Assembly: GCA_964585385.1 (NCBI GenBank)
Contig: CAZPDP010000001.1
Coordinates: 50,850 to 114,849 of the forward strand
DNA length: 64,000 bases
Reading direction: 5' to 3'
From: an uncultured Bacteroidales bacterium
Lineage (GTDB): Bacteria; Bacteroidota; Bacteroidia; Bacteroidales; UBA12077
The translations under genes and the position numbers were made by a program. Within the stretch, counting starts at the first letter, position 1; each line of letters opens with the position of its first letter. The notes beneath the pieces are model-generated. The model did not search any database. It had not been told where the DNA came from and saw only the letters and a list, made by a program, of their open reading frames with translations. Of the stretch, positions 48,695-57,097 are shown one piece after another.

Positions 48695-48963
48695 ATAAGT
48701 ATTCCCAAGATAAAATTAACTACAATAAAGAATCCCAGAAAGTACAGACCGGCTGATACTTCTTTTTCACCAATAAGTGTGAATCCACCAGCTAGCGTTA
48801 ATGACAGAAGTAAAAACCATATTGTAACCAGAGTCCACTTCCAGAAATTCATTTTAAGTCCCAGATCTTTTACCCAGATTGTAGCACTGTAGAATATAAA
48901 AACATAAAGAGCACCCATGATAATCCAGAAAATTGGTTTTAGAAAGATTTCAAAAATTCCCAT
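48643..48963 (-). CDS. rdhB: RdhB-like three-TM membrane anchor
   Basis: 106 aa. Three helices with the layout and Trp-rich middle segment (LKMNFWKWTLVTIWFLLL) reminiscent of RdhB/PceB. It starts 11 nt after rdhA. Confidence 0.6.
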   Translation of the reverse strand: MGIFEIFLKPIFWIIMGALYVFIFYSATIWVKDLGLKMNFWKWTLVTIWFLLLSLTLAGGFTLIGEKEVSAGLYFLGFFIVVNFILGILIWRLLTFNREKQGKSKK

Positions 48964-48974
48964 ATCGTAAAGAT

Positions 48975-50450
48975 TTAAATATCAAACCATTCTTCAGTTT
49001 TGAGCCATTCCGGTGGTTTGCCGTATGTTGCATTTTTGCCGTCCGGTGGAGGGAGGTATTCTTGTGCACCGGGATACTCAAAAAAGTTTTTCTGCATGGA
49101 AAGCATGGCTGAGGAAAACGTCCCGGTTGGATCATAAGGATCGGCTTCTTTTGCAAAACGGTGTATCCAGTTGTTTTTCCTCGAATAGGGACATACAGCC
49201 AGACAAACCCTGCAGCCCCTTGCATGGCTTGTAGCAACGGAATTCCATATGGTAAAGCAGCTATCTTCATTAATTTTCCACCTTACGTATCCCCGAACGG
49301 GTTTTTCGGGTTCATCAGCCATACTGATCGAACCACTCGGACATTCTTCTGCGCAGATTTTACACTTTTTACAGAATTCTTTAATACCAGCATCAATGGG
49401 TTTGTCAGGTTTTAGAGGCATATCTGTACTTACTGCTGCTAATCTTGTGTTTGCACCAAGCTCCGGAGTTATCAGGATTCCGTTTCTGCCTTGCTCGCCT
49501 AATCCCGCGTCAATAGCCAGGGGAGGCATGGCTATATCATAATTTGTAGGAGGAACATGCGAACGTGCCGAATAACCAATATTTTTTAGAAAAACCTCAA
49601 TCTTACCGGCAATGAAATTGAGTTTGGAATAAGCATCATAGGAAGTTCCATAAGTTGGATTAGCAAATAAGCTGTCCCATTCATGGGGAATAGCAATCAC
49701 TATGGCATATTTCCAGTGTTTGGGTTTACTAAAATTTGTTTTTCCAACACCTCTGAGATATCCCTGGTAGACCCAGTCATCCTTTATCTCTGTTATTCCA
49801 ACCAAAGTAGCCCCGAAAGTATGAGATATTTTTTTTATTAACTCAGAACCATGTTGTGATGATTTAAGCTTGTAAGGTTCAGTTTTTTTTCCCCGAAAAT
49901 CTGATTTTTCGGGCGGGCCATCGGGTTCTGGAGGAAATGCACCAGGACCGCGAAAAGAGCTTGAATGAGCGGCCGACCAGGCATCTGCCAGCAAATATCT
50001 GTCTTTGTATTTCTTCCAGTTTTTCCTTTGTTGTCTGCCTCGTTTCAGGGCCTTTTCAAATTCTTTTAGTTTTTCCGGGTGTTCAGCGTAATAGCTTTTT
50101 AAAGGTTCAGGTAAATTGTTTACACCTTGACCCGGTTTCCACTTAGCGCTGGATTCTTTCCCCGGATACATCAACCGGTATAATTCTCCATTTCTTTTAA
50201 AGATGTTCTCCAGGTATTGAATTCTTCTGGTTTGTCCTTTTTTCTCATATGTTGGTTTGGCTACTGCAAAAGCTTTCCGGTTAAAGAACTGGTTTTTGCC
50301 ATAAGCATTTTTTCCCCAGCCGGTGTAACTTTCTTTGCTTTTTCCTGAAAAATAACCCGCAGTGGCTGCTCCGCCGACACTCAGAATAGTACCGGCTATT
50401 CCTCCGAGTTTGATAAAATCTCTGCGGGTATATTTAGTTTTTTTGCTCAT
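48975..50450 (-). CDS. rdhA: Reductive dehalogenase catalytic subunit (RdhA-family, cobalamin/Fe-S)
   Basis: 491 aa. Twin-arginine signal TRRDFIKLGG, core blocks FGATLVGITE and GLGEQGRNGILITPELGANTRL, and Fe-S motifs CKKCKICAEECP and CFTIWNSVATSHARGCRVCLAVCP. Confidence 0.85.
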   Translation of the reverse strand: MSKKTKYTRRDFIKLGGIAGTILSVGGAATAGYFSGKSKESYTGWGKNAYGKNQFFNRKAFAVAKPTYEKKGQTRRIQYLENIFKRNGELYRLMYPGKESSAKWKPGQGVNNLPEPLKSYYAEHPEKLKEFEKALKRGRQQRKNWKKYKDRYLLADAWSAAHSSSFRGPGAFPPEPDGPPEKSDFRGKKTEPYKLKSSQHGSELIKKISHTFGATLVGITEIKDDWVYQGYLRGVGKTNFSKPKHWKYAIVIAIPHEWDSLFANPTYGTSYDAYSKLNFIAGKIEVFLKNIGYSARSHVPPTNYDIAMPPLAIDAGLGEQGRNGILITPELGANTRLAAVSTDMPLKPDKPIDAGIKEFCKKCKICAEECPSGSISMADEPEKPVRGYVRWKINEDSCFTIWNSVATSHARGCRVCLAVCPYSRKNNWIHRFAKEADPYDPTGTFSSAMLSMQKNFFEYPGAQEYLPPPDGKNATYGKPPEWLKTEEWFDI

Positions 50451-50533
50451 GGTGAAATAATTTTATGATTTTACGAAAATACTGAATTGTTAGTTACAAA
50501 TGAAACTACCAGGTGTAAAAATTTCATACTTCA

Positions 50534-50548
50534 TTCAAATTATTTGAA
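50534..50548. promoter_or_regulatory. Perfect palindrome TTCAAAT-T-ATTTGAA; candidate MarR operator
   Basis: 7-1-7 inverted repeat in the 161-bp rdhA/marR divergent region. It lies between a near-consensus minus-strand -7 box (TATTTTCG, 50474..50481) and the plus-strand box at 50579. Confidence 0.35.
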
Positions 50549-50578
50549 AATTAGATGAATTAAATGGACCGGAATTGA

Positions 50579-50586
50579 TATATTTG
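50579..50586 (+). promoter_or_regulatory. -7 box TATATTTG
   Basis: Exact TAnnTTTG, 25 nt upstream of the marR ATG. Confidence 0.4.
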
Positions 50587-50611
50587 CTGTAATTTAAAAT
50601 TATTCCAAACA

Positions 50612-51061
50612 ATGAAATATTCTTTCCAGCAATCCTTAGGAAGACTGACACAGCAAGTATCAAAAGGCTTAGGACAGGTGTTGGATATGAAATTTAAGAA
50701 TGCAGGTTATACAATTAATTCTTACCAGTGGACAGTTATCTCCTATTTAAATTATAATAACTTCTCATCACAAAAGAATATCAGTCAGTTTTTGGGTGTC
50801 AATAAGGTAATGACAAAAAGAATCATTGATCAATTGGAAGAAAACAAATATGTAAAAAGGGAACCCTCACAGAGTGATAAACGATATAACCGCATCGAAC
50901 TCACCAAAAAGGGACAGAAGTTATATCATGAGCTTACTCCATTTGCAGAAGAAACACTACAAGAAGCATACAAGAATCTTGATACTCAGGAAATCAAAAA
51001 TTGCCTGACTACTTTGAATAAAATTACAAAGACCCTGGAGAGTCTTAGAAAGGAAGAATAA
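50612..51061 (+). CDS. MarR-family transcriptional regulator
   Basis: 149 aa. Winged-HTH region QKNISQFLGVNKVMTKRIIDQLEENKYVKREPSQSDKRYNRIELTKKG. Confidence 0.85.
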   Translation: MKYSFQQSLGRLTQQVSKGLGQVLDMKFKNAGYTINSYQWTVISYLNYNNFSSQKNISQFLGVNKVMTKRIIDQLEENKYVKREPSQSDKRYNRIELTKKGQKLYHELTPFAEETLQEAYKNLDTQEIKNCLTTLNKITKTLESLRKEE

Positions 51062-51222
51062 ATTTCAGGGTTTTTCAACCGATAAAATAAGAATGCATTT
51101 GTATCTATTCTCTATTTGACTTATTCTTAGTTGTTTAATTTATTTTTTTATTTTTTTATGTTGATAATCAATAGTCTGAGCTCTATTGATAAATATTCAA
51201 TTGCTAAATTTCTGTTAAATTT

Positions 51223-51230
51223 TAATTTTG
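51223..51230 (+). promoter_or_regulatory. -7 box TAATTTTG
   Basis: Exact TAnnTTTG, 25 nt upstream of the dnaX ATG. Confidence 0.4.
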
Positions 51231-51255
51231 TAGAAGCAAAATCAGAAATGAAAAG

Positions 51256-52977
51256 ATGAAAAATTTTATAGTATCGGCCCGTAAGTACAGACCTTCTACA
51301 TTTGATACAGTTATTGGACAAGGTTCAACAACGAAAACATTAAAAAATGCAATAAAAAACAATCACCTTGCACAGGCCTATTTATTTTGTGGGCCCAGGG
51401 GTGTTGGGAAGACGACAATTGCAAGAATATTTGCCAAAACCATCAACTGTGAAAACCTGAATGAAAACCTGGAACCCTGCAACGAATGTGAATCATGCAA
51501 GGCATTTAACAGTCATCGATCGACAAATATTCATGAATTAGATGCAGCCTCAAACAATACCGTAGACAACATTCGGAGTTTGATTGAACAGGTAAGAATT
51601 CCGCCCCAGGTTGGCCAATACAGCATATATATTATCGATGAGGTCCACATGTTATCTGCCTCTGCTTTTAATGCGTTCCTGAAAACACTCGAAGAACCAC
51701 CGGCTCATGCTATTTTTATACTGGCTACCACCGAAAAACATAAGATAATCCCAACCATTCTCTCTCGTTGTCAGATATTTGACTTCAACCGGATAAAGGT
51801 TGATGAAATTGTAGCTTACCTGGAAGATATTTCAGAAAAAGAAAATGTGGAATATGAAAAGGATGCCCTGACAATAATTGCCCAAAAAGCCGATGGGGCT
51901 ATGCGTGATGCCCTGTCTATTTATGACCAGGTTGTTAGTTTTAGCGGCAATAATATAACCTACCAGCAGGTTATCGAAAACCTAAATGTCCTTGATTACG
52001 ACTATTATTTCAGACTCACTGATGCTTTTATGAACGGCGATCATTCTGAAGCCCTGCTTATTTTTAATGAAATTCTAGATAAGGGTTTTGACGCTCATCA
52101 GTTTATAAACAGCCTGAGCAAGCACCTGAGGAATCTATTGGTTTGCAAAGATTCTCAGACTATTGAATTGCTTGAGGTAGGAGCAGGAATAAAAGAAAGG
52201 TATAAAGTGCAATCTGAGCAAACGGATTTGAACTTTTTAATCAAGGCCCTGAATACCACGAATCAGTATGACGTGTCTTATAAAACCAGTATGAATCAAA
52301 GGCTTCATATTGAACTGGCCCTTATTGATTTGTGTAACCTGGAATCTTCAAAAAAAAAAGATGATGAAGAGCAGGGAGGGGTAAAAGCACCTGAAAGTAA
52401 GGATGATAAAAGATATGGTAAAAAAGAAATCAGAACAGGACAAAAGCCTCAAGAAGGAGAATCCACCCCGGAAAAAAAGACCGTTGACGCACCTTCTACT
52501 TTTTCCATAAATGGTGCTTTGAAAGGGAAAAGCAAGATGAAAACAGGTGCTTCCGAGAAAAAGGAGGAGAGTAATACTCCTAAAACTGCAGAGAAGCTTG
52601 GAGATAATAAGTTTACACAGGACGAACTGCAGGAAGCCTGGGAAAATTTTGTTGATACTCTTAACGACAAACCCCGCTTATATCATATGTTATCCTCCAG
52701 GGAACCCGAGTTAAAAGAAAATTTTAATATATACCTTAAACTGGATAATCCCCTGCAAAAAGAAACTTTGGGAGAAATATTGGGAGAGTTATTAACAACC
52801 CTCAGAAATGAGCTGAATAACGGGAAGATAACCCTGGAAACTGAAATTGTAGAGGAAAAAGAAGAGGAAAACAACAACAAGTTATACACCATGGAAGATA
52901 AGTTTAATTACCTGGCTCAGAAAAACAAAGTTTTGCAAAAACTCAAGAAGGATTTTGACCTGGATTTTGATTATTAA
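51256..52977 (+). CDS. dnaX: DNA polymerase III subunit gamma/tau
   Basis: 573 aa. Walker A GPRGVGKTT, zinc module CNECESCKAF, Walker B DEVHML, and sensor motif LSRCQ. Confidence 0.93.
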   Translation: MKNFIVSARKYRPSTFDTVIGQGSTTKTLKNAIKNNHLAQAYLFCGPRGVGKTTIARIFAKTINCENLNENLEPCNECESCKAFNSHRSTNIHELDAASNNTVDNIRSLIEQVRIPPQVGQYSIYIIDEVHMLSASAFNAFLKTLEEPPAHAIFILATTEKHKIIPTILSRCQIFDFNRIKVDEIVAYLEDISEKENVEYEKDALTIIAQKADGAMRDALSIYDQVVSFSGNNITYQQVIENLNVLDYDYYFRLTDAFMNGDHSEALLIFNEILDKGFDAHQFINSLSKHLRNLLVCKDSQTIELLEVGAGIKERYKVQSEQTDLNFLIKALNTTNQYDVSYKTSMNQRLHIELALIDLCNLESSKKKDDEEQGGVKAPESKDDKRYGKKEIRTGQKPQEGESTPEKKTVDAPSTFSINGALKGKSKMKTGASEKKEESNTPKTAEKLGDNKFTQDELQEAWENFVDTLNDKPRLYHMLSSREPELKENFNIYLKLDNPLQKETLGEILGELLTTLRNELNNGKITLETEIVEEKEEENNNKLYTMEDKFNYLAQKNKVLQKLKKDFDLDFDY

Positions 52978-53101
52978 TTAAACGAAAATAATTATCATAA
53001 GTCTGATATGACGAAAAAACTTTCTTTATGATATAGGACATATATATTTCAAACATTAATATTTAAGTTTACATACCAACGAAATTTTAAAATTTATAAT
53101 T

Positions 53102-54121
53102 ATGAAAAATATGGATTGGAGTAATTTACCTTTTGGGCTTCATGAAACAGATTACAACATAAGATGCCATTATCGCAATGGTGAATGGGGAGAGCTCGAA
53201 ATTTCCTCTTCTCAATACCTGGACATTCATATGTCTGCCACAGCTTTACATTATGGTCAGCAGGCATTTGAAGGTATGAAGGCTTACCGGGGCAAAGATG
53301 ATGAAATAAGAATTTTCCGGTGGAAAGAAAATTTTAAGCGCATGCAAAATTCTGCGCATGGAATTTTAATGGAGCCCGTTCCCGAAGAAGTTTTTAAAAA
53401 TGCCATTATTAAAGCTGTAAAGCTTAATGAAAAATATCTTCCCCCTCATGGTACGGGAGCAGCATTGTATATTCGTCCTCTGCTTTTTGGTTCGGGAGCG
53501 GAAATTGGGGTTAAACCCGCGAAGGAATATACATTTGTTGTTTTTGTAACTCCCGTAGGACCTTATTTTAAAGAAGGATTTAATCCCATTAAGATAGCCA
53601 TTGTCAGAGATACCGATCGTACAGCTCCACAGGGAACCGGGATGTATAAAGTGGGTGGTAATTATGCGGCCAGCCTTCAGGGAATTAAAAAAACCAAAGA
53701 TGCAGGATACGCGCAGCCTTTATACCTGGATGCAAAAGAAAAGAAGTATATTGACGAAATAGGCGCGGCCAACTTCTTTGGTATAAAAGACAACACCTAC
53801 ATTACACCTAAGTCTGATTCTATTTTACCTTCGATAACCAACAAAAGCATTATGGAAATGGCTCCGGATATGGGATTAAAAGTTGAGCGGCGTCCGGTGC
53901 CTGTTGAAGAACTGGAGACATTTGAAGAAGTTGGGGCTTGTGGAACTGCAGCAATCATAGCACCAATCGGTGAAATTGCAGATCTGGATGAAGGAAAAAC
54001 CTATACCTACAGTAAAGACGGGAAACCCGGGCCAATATCAACTAAGATTTATAATAAGTTGTTAGGTATACAATTTGGAGATGAAGAAGATCCCTACAAT
54101 TGGGTTGAAATCATTGAATAA
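53102..54121 (+). CDS. ilvE: Branched-chain amino acid aminotransferase (class IV)
   Basis: 339 aa with blocks QQAFEGMKAYR, LYIRPLLFG and MYKVGGNYAASL. Confidence 0.9.
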   Translation: MKNMDWSNLPFGLHETDYNIRCHYRNGEWGELEISSSQYLDIHMSATALHYGQQAFEGMKAYRGKDDEIRIFRWKENFKRMQNSAHGILMEPVPEEVFKNAIIKAVKLNEKYLPPHGTGAALYIRPLLFGSGAEIGVKPAKEYTFVVFVTPVGPYFKEGFNPIKIAIVRDTDRTAPQGTGMYKVGGNYAASLQGIKKTKDAGYAQPLYLDAKEKKYIDEIGAANFFGIKDNTYITPKSDSILPSITNKSIMEMAPDMGLKVERRPVPVEELETFEEVGACGTAAIIAPIGEIADLDEGKTYTYSKDGKPGPISTKIYNKLLGIQFGDEEDPYNWVEIIE

Positions 54122-54147
54122 AAAACAGAAACATTTTTTAGTTGGTT

Positions 54148-55923
54148 TTACTCTTCTGAGAATGAGCGGAGTAGCCTTCTGTAAGCTGAAAATACATTCG
54201 CACGTGAAACAAATCCCAGGTATCTGCCATTGTCTAAAACAGGCAGATTATAGTGTTTGGTTGTCTGGAATTTTTGGGCCACTTCTTCCATTGACTCATC
54301 CGGTTGAACAATTGGGCTGGGCATATACATTAATTCTGAAACAAACACTTTATCGTATTGCTCCCTGTCAAACATTATATGCCTGATGTCATTTATAAAT
54401 ATTATTCCTTTTAGATTCATATCATTATCCACAACAGGCACTATGTTTCTTTCAGATTTTGCTATCACGTTGACTAATTCCCCCAATGTTGCATCATCAT
54501 GGATGGTCTTGAAATTTGTCTCAATCAGACTTCGGACTTTCATGATTGATAAAACCACCTTGTCTTTATCATGAGTAAACAATTCTCCTCTTCGGCCTAA
54601 CTGGTAGGTATACACTGAATATCTTTCGAATATCCTGATAATGGCATAAGAAATGGTTGCAGTAATCATTAATGGGAAGAACAAGGCGTAGCCTCCGGTG
54701 ATTTCAGCAATAAGAAACATACCTGTTAGCGGGGCATGTAAAACTCCGGCAATTAAACCACCCATTCCAGCTAGGGCGAAGTGGTTTTCGGGAAGATCTC
54801 CAATTCCAATATAGTTCATTAATTTTGCGAAAAACAATCCGCTGTTTACACCCATAAAAAGAGTTGGGGCAAATATTCCTCCAATTCCCCCGCTACCAAA
54901 AGTAATTGAAGTGGCTATAACTTTTAACAATATAATTACTATGAAAAAGAGGAAGACGAATATCACATTGTCTTTTAATCCATAAAAAAGACTTTGGGAG
55001 AATAAATAATCGAAATTACCATGAAGGCTGGCGTTTATAGATTCATAACCTTCGCCGTATAATGCAGGGAAAAGGAAAATGAGTAAGCCCAGTGCTGCAC
55101 TTCCGATTAGCCATCTGGTATACATGTTCTTAAAAACGTCAAAGACTTCTTCCACTTTTTTGTACATCCGTGTAAAATAGACGGAAACAAGCCCGGTAAA
55201 CACACCAAGTAATATATAAAAGGGTACCTGGTTTATTATAAAACTTTTTTGAATTTCAGCAGGATACAAAACATCCATTCCCAGGAAAAGATAGGAGGTA
55301 AGCGCCCCTGTTAGTGAGGCCAGTAGCAACGGAATTAACGATGACATGGTCAGGTCAATCATAAGAACTTCCAGAACGAATACAATTCCGGCTATGGGCG
55401 CCTTAAAGATTGCTGACATAGCACCTGCACTTGCGCAAGCAAGCATTAACAATACTTGTCTGTAGTTTAACCTGAAAAAACGACCGATGTTGGAGCCCCA
55501 GGCCGCTCCTGTAGCTACAGTGGGTCCCTCTAATCCTACCGAACCTCCAAAACCCACAGTAAGGGCACTGGTAACGATGGAAGAGAACATGTTGTGCGGT
55601 TGAATTTTTCCTTCATTTTTGGATATAGCAGCAAGGGTAAGAGGAATACCGTGGCCAACCTGTTTTTTTAGTACTTTCTTCATAAACAGAAGAGAACCGA
55701 AAATTCCAACAGCAGGTAGCACAAAATAAAGGTAATTCTGATACTGGTTGACAAAACCGCTTGTAATAAGTTCTTTGATTAAATGGACTGCGTTCTTGAT
55801 AATGACGGCAGCCACACCAGATGTGAAGCCAACCAGCACAGCCAGGATATATAAAAATTGGCGGTCACTAATATGCCTTTTTCTCCAGATTAATATTCTT
55901 CCTAGTTGTGTCGGTCTTTTCAT
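54148..55923 (-). CDS. ClC-family chloride channel/antiporter with two C-terminal CBS domains
   Basis: 591 aa. Selectivity motifs GLEGPTV and GGIFAPTLFMG, and a C-terminal CBS pair. Confidence 0.9.
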   Translation of the reverse strand: MKRPTQLGRILIWRKRHISDRQFLYILAVLVGFTSGVAAVIIKNAVHLIKELITSGFVNQYQNYLYFVLPAVGIFGSLLFMKKVLKKQVGHGIPLTLAAISKNEGKIQPHNMFSSIVTSALTVGFGGSVGLEGPTVATGAAWGSNIGRFFRLNYRQVLLMLACASAGAMSAIFKAPIAGIVFVLEVLMIDLTMSSLIPLLLASLTGALTSYLFLGMDVLYPAEIQKSFIINQVPFYILLGVFTGLVSVYFTRMYKKVEEVFDVFKNMYTRWLIGSAALGLLIFLFPALYGEGYESINASLHGNFDYLFSQSLFYGLKDNVIFVFLFFIVIILLKVIATSITFGSGGIGGIFAPTLFMGVNSGLFFAKLMNYIGIGDLPENHFALAGMGGLIAGVLHAPLTGMFLIAEITGGYALFFPLMITATISYAIIRIFERYSVYTYQLGRRGELFTHDKDKVVLSIMKVRSLIETNFKTIHDDATLGELVNVIAKSERNIVPVVDNDMNLKGIIFINDIRHIMFDREQYDKVFVSELMYMPSPIVQPDESMEEVAQKFQTTKHYNLPVLDNGRYLGFVSRANVFSAYRRLLRSFSEE

Positions 55924-55996
55924 AATGACCGCAAAAATAATATTTCTTTCGGGATATGCATGTATTTTCTGAAAAAAAACAGGGTGACACTAATTA

Positions 55997-56965
55997 CTAC
56001 TTGTTTCTCCCTTTCCCGGAATCAGTAATTTCTAATAAATCAAGAGGATAGGGAGATAAAAACGATTGGTTAATGAGATATTCCACATCAAAACGTATTG
56101 CCCAGGATTGCAGCAACCTTATTAATACACTGAGTGGTATTCTTTCATCTCTGTATTCTTCAATAGAGTTAATGAAAAATTGTTTTTCATCTGTTTTCAG
56201 GTTGTCGGACACAAAGCCGAAAGCATGCTGCATCACATTGATCCAGGAGGTGTATTTAGGTTCGTCCTTTAGCAGTCTAAGCATGGTATTTTCATAGTCG
56301 GAAAAGACTTCAGAGACTTCTTTCTTTTCATGGTTTGCAGTAATGTTTCCAAGTTTTTTCATAGTTTTCTGGTTATGAGCCATAAAAAGGAATTTGTTGC
56401 GGCTGTGGAAATCCACTAAATTTTTCATAGCAGGTTTTTCTTTTATCTCCCTGAAACCAGCAATAGTGTATACTTTTATCAGAAAGTGCTCCCGGATAAG
56501 AAAATTACGTAGTCTGCCTTCATCTTCTATCGGATAATCCTTAAAGGTGTTCAGGATAGCACCGCCGAACATACCACTTTCCCTTACCGCATTTACTTTA
56601 TCTTCAAAACTTTGGTATGTTTTTACACCTTTTAATCCACAGGAAGGAGAACGGTGTTTCAGAATGAACCCGTCAACAGTTTCCAGTTTTTTGAAGAAGT
56701 TTTCAATGAAAGCGTTCATTTCTCCGGTAACATCTTTTCCCGTAGCAGGTTGGTAAAGATGTTTCTTGTCGTTATGAAGCACCAGTCTGACCGGATTACG
56801 GGGAATTCCCAGCCCAATCTCTTTCTCAGGGCAAACTGTAATAAAATTAAAATGTTTCTGAAAGTTTTGAATGGTTGAATTATTGATTACAGAACCGTCG
56901 TAGCGGCATTTTTCAAATCCTAAGCATCTGCTTATCAATATTATGGGTTTTGGAAAATCTTTCAT
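55997..56965 (-). CDS. DUF523 + DUF1722 (YbgA-like) fusion protein
   Basis: 322 aa. N-terminal Cys-containing DUF523-like half (ISRCLGFEKCRYDG...PEKEIGLGIPR...SPSCG) and a helical C-terminal half resembling YbgA/DUF1722. Confidence 0.65.
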   Translation of the reverse strand: MKDFPKPIILISRCLGFEKCRYDGSVINNSTIQNFQKHFNFITVCPEKEIGLGIPRNPVRLVLHNDKKHLYQPATGKDVTGEMNAFIENFFKKLETVDGFILKHRSPSCGLKGVKTYQSFEDKVNAVRESGMFGGAILNTFKDYPIEDEGRLRNFLIREHFLIKVYTIAGFREIKEKPAMKNLVDFHSRNKFLFMAHNQKTMKKLGNITANHEKKEVSEVFSDYENTMLRLLKDEPKYTSWINVMQHAFGFVSDNLKTDEKQFFINSIEEYRDERIPLSVLIRLLQSWAIRFDVEYLINQSFLSPYPLDLLEITDSGKGRNK

Positions 56966-57030
56966 AGAGTATGTTTTTAGGATAAAATGTTAACCTTGTT
57001 CTTACCAAAAATAAAACAATTCGGATACAG

Positions 57031-57073
57031 AAATAAAAAAGCTGCAATTTATTTGACCGAAATTGCAGCTTTT
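57031..57073 (-). terminator. Rho-independent terminator after the aldo/keto reductase gene
   Basis: AAAAGCTGCAATTT / AAATTGCAGCTTTT forms a 14-bp stem with a 9-nt loop. On the minus strand it is followed by TTTTTTATTT. Confidence 0.8.
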
Positions 57074-57097
57074 GATATAAAGAGCAAGATTTCTTCC

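Noticed and set aside
49870-49880. A T8/A8 homopolymer inside rdhA as a possible phase-variation tract.
   Set aside because: It is in frame (GKKTEP), short, and similar runs are common in this AT-rich genome. There is no evidence of a switch.
55932-55939. An exact TAnnTTTG box upstream of the ClC gene.
   Set aside because: It lies only 8 nt from the annotated start, too close for the 23-51 nt spacing seen at the other minus-strand genes. Either it is chance or the true start is internal. I did not call it.
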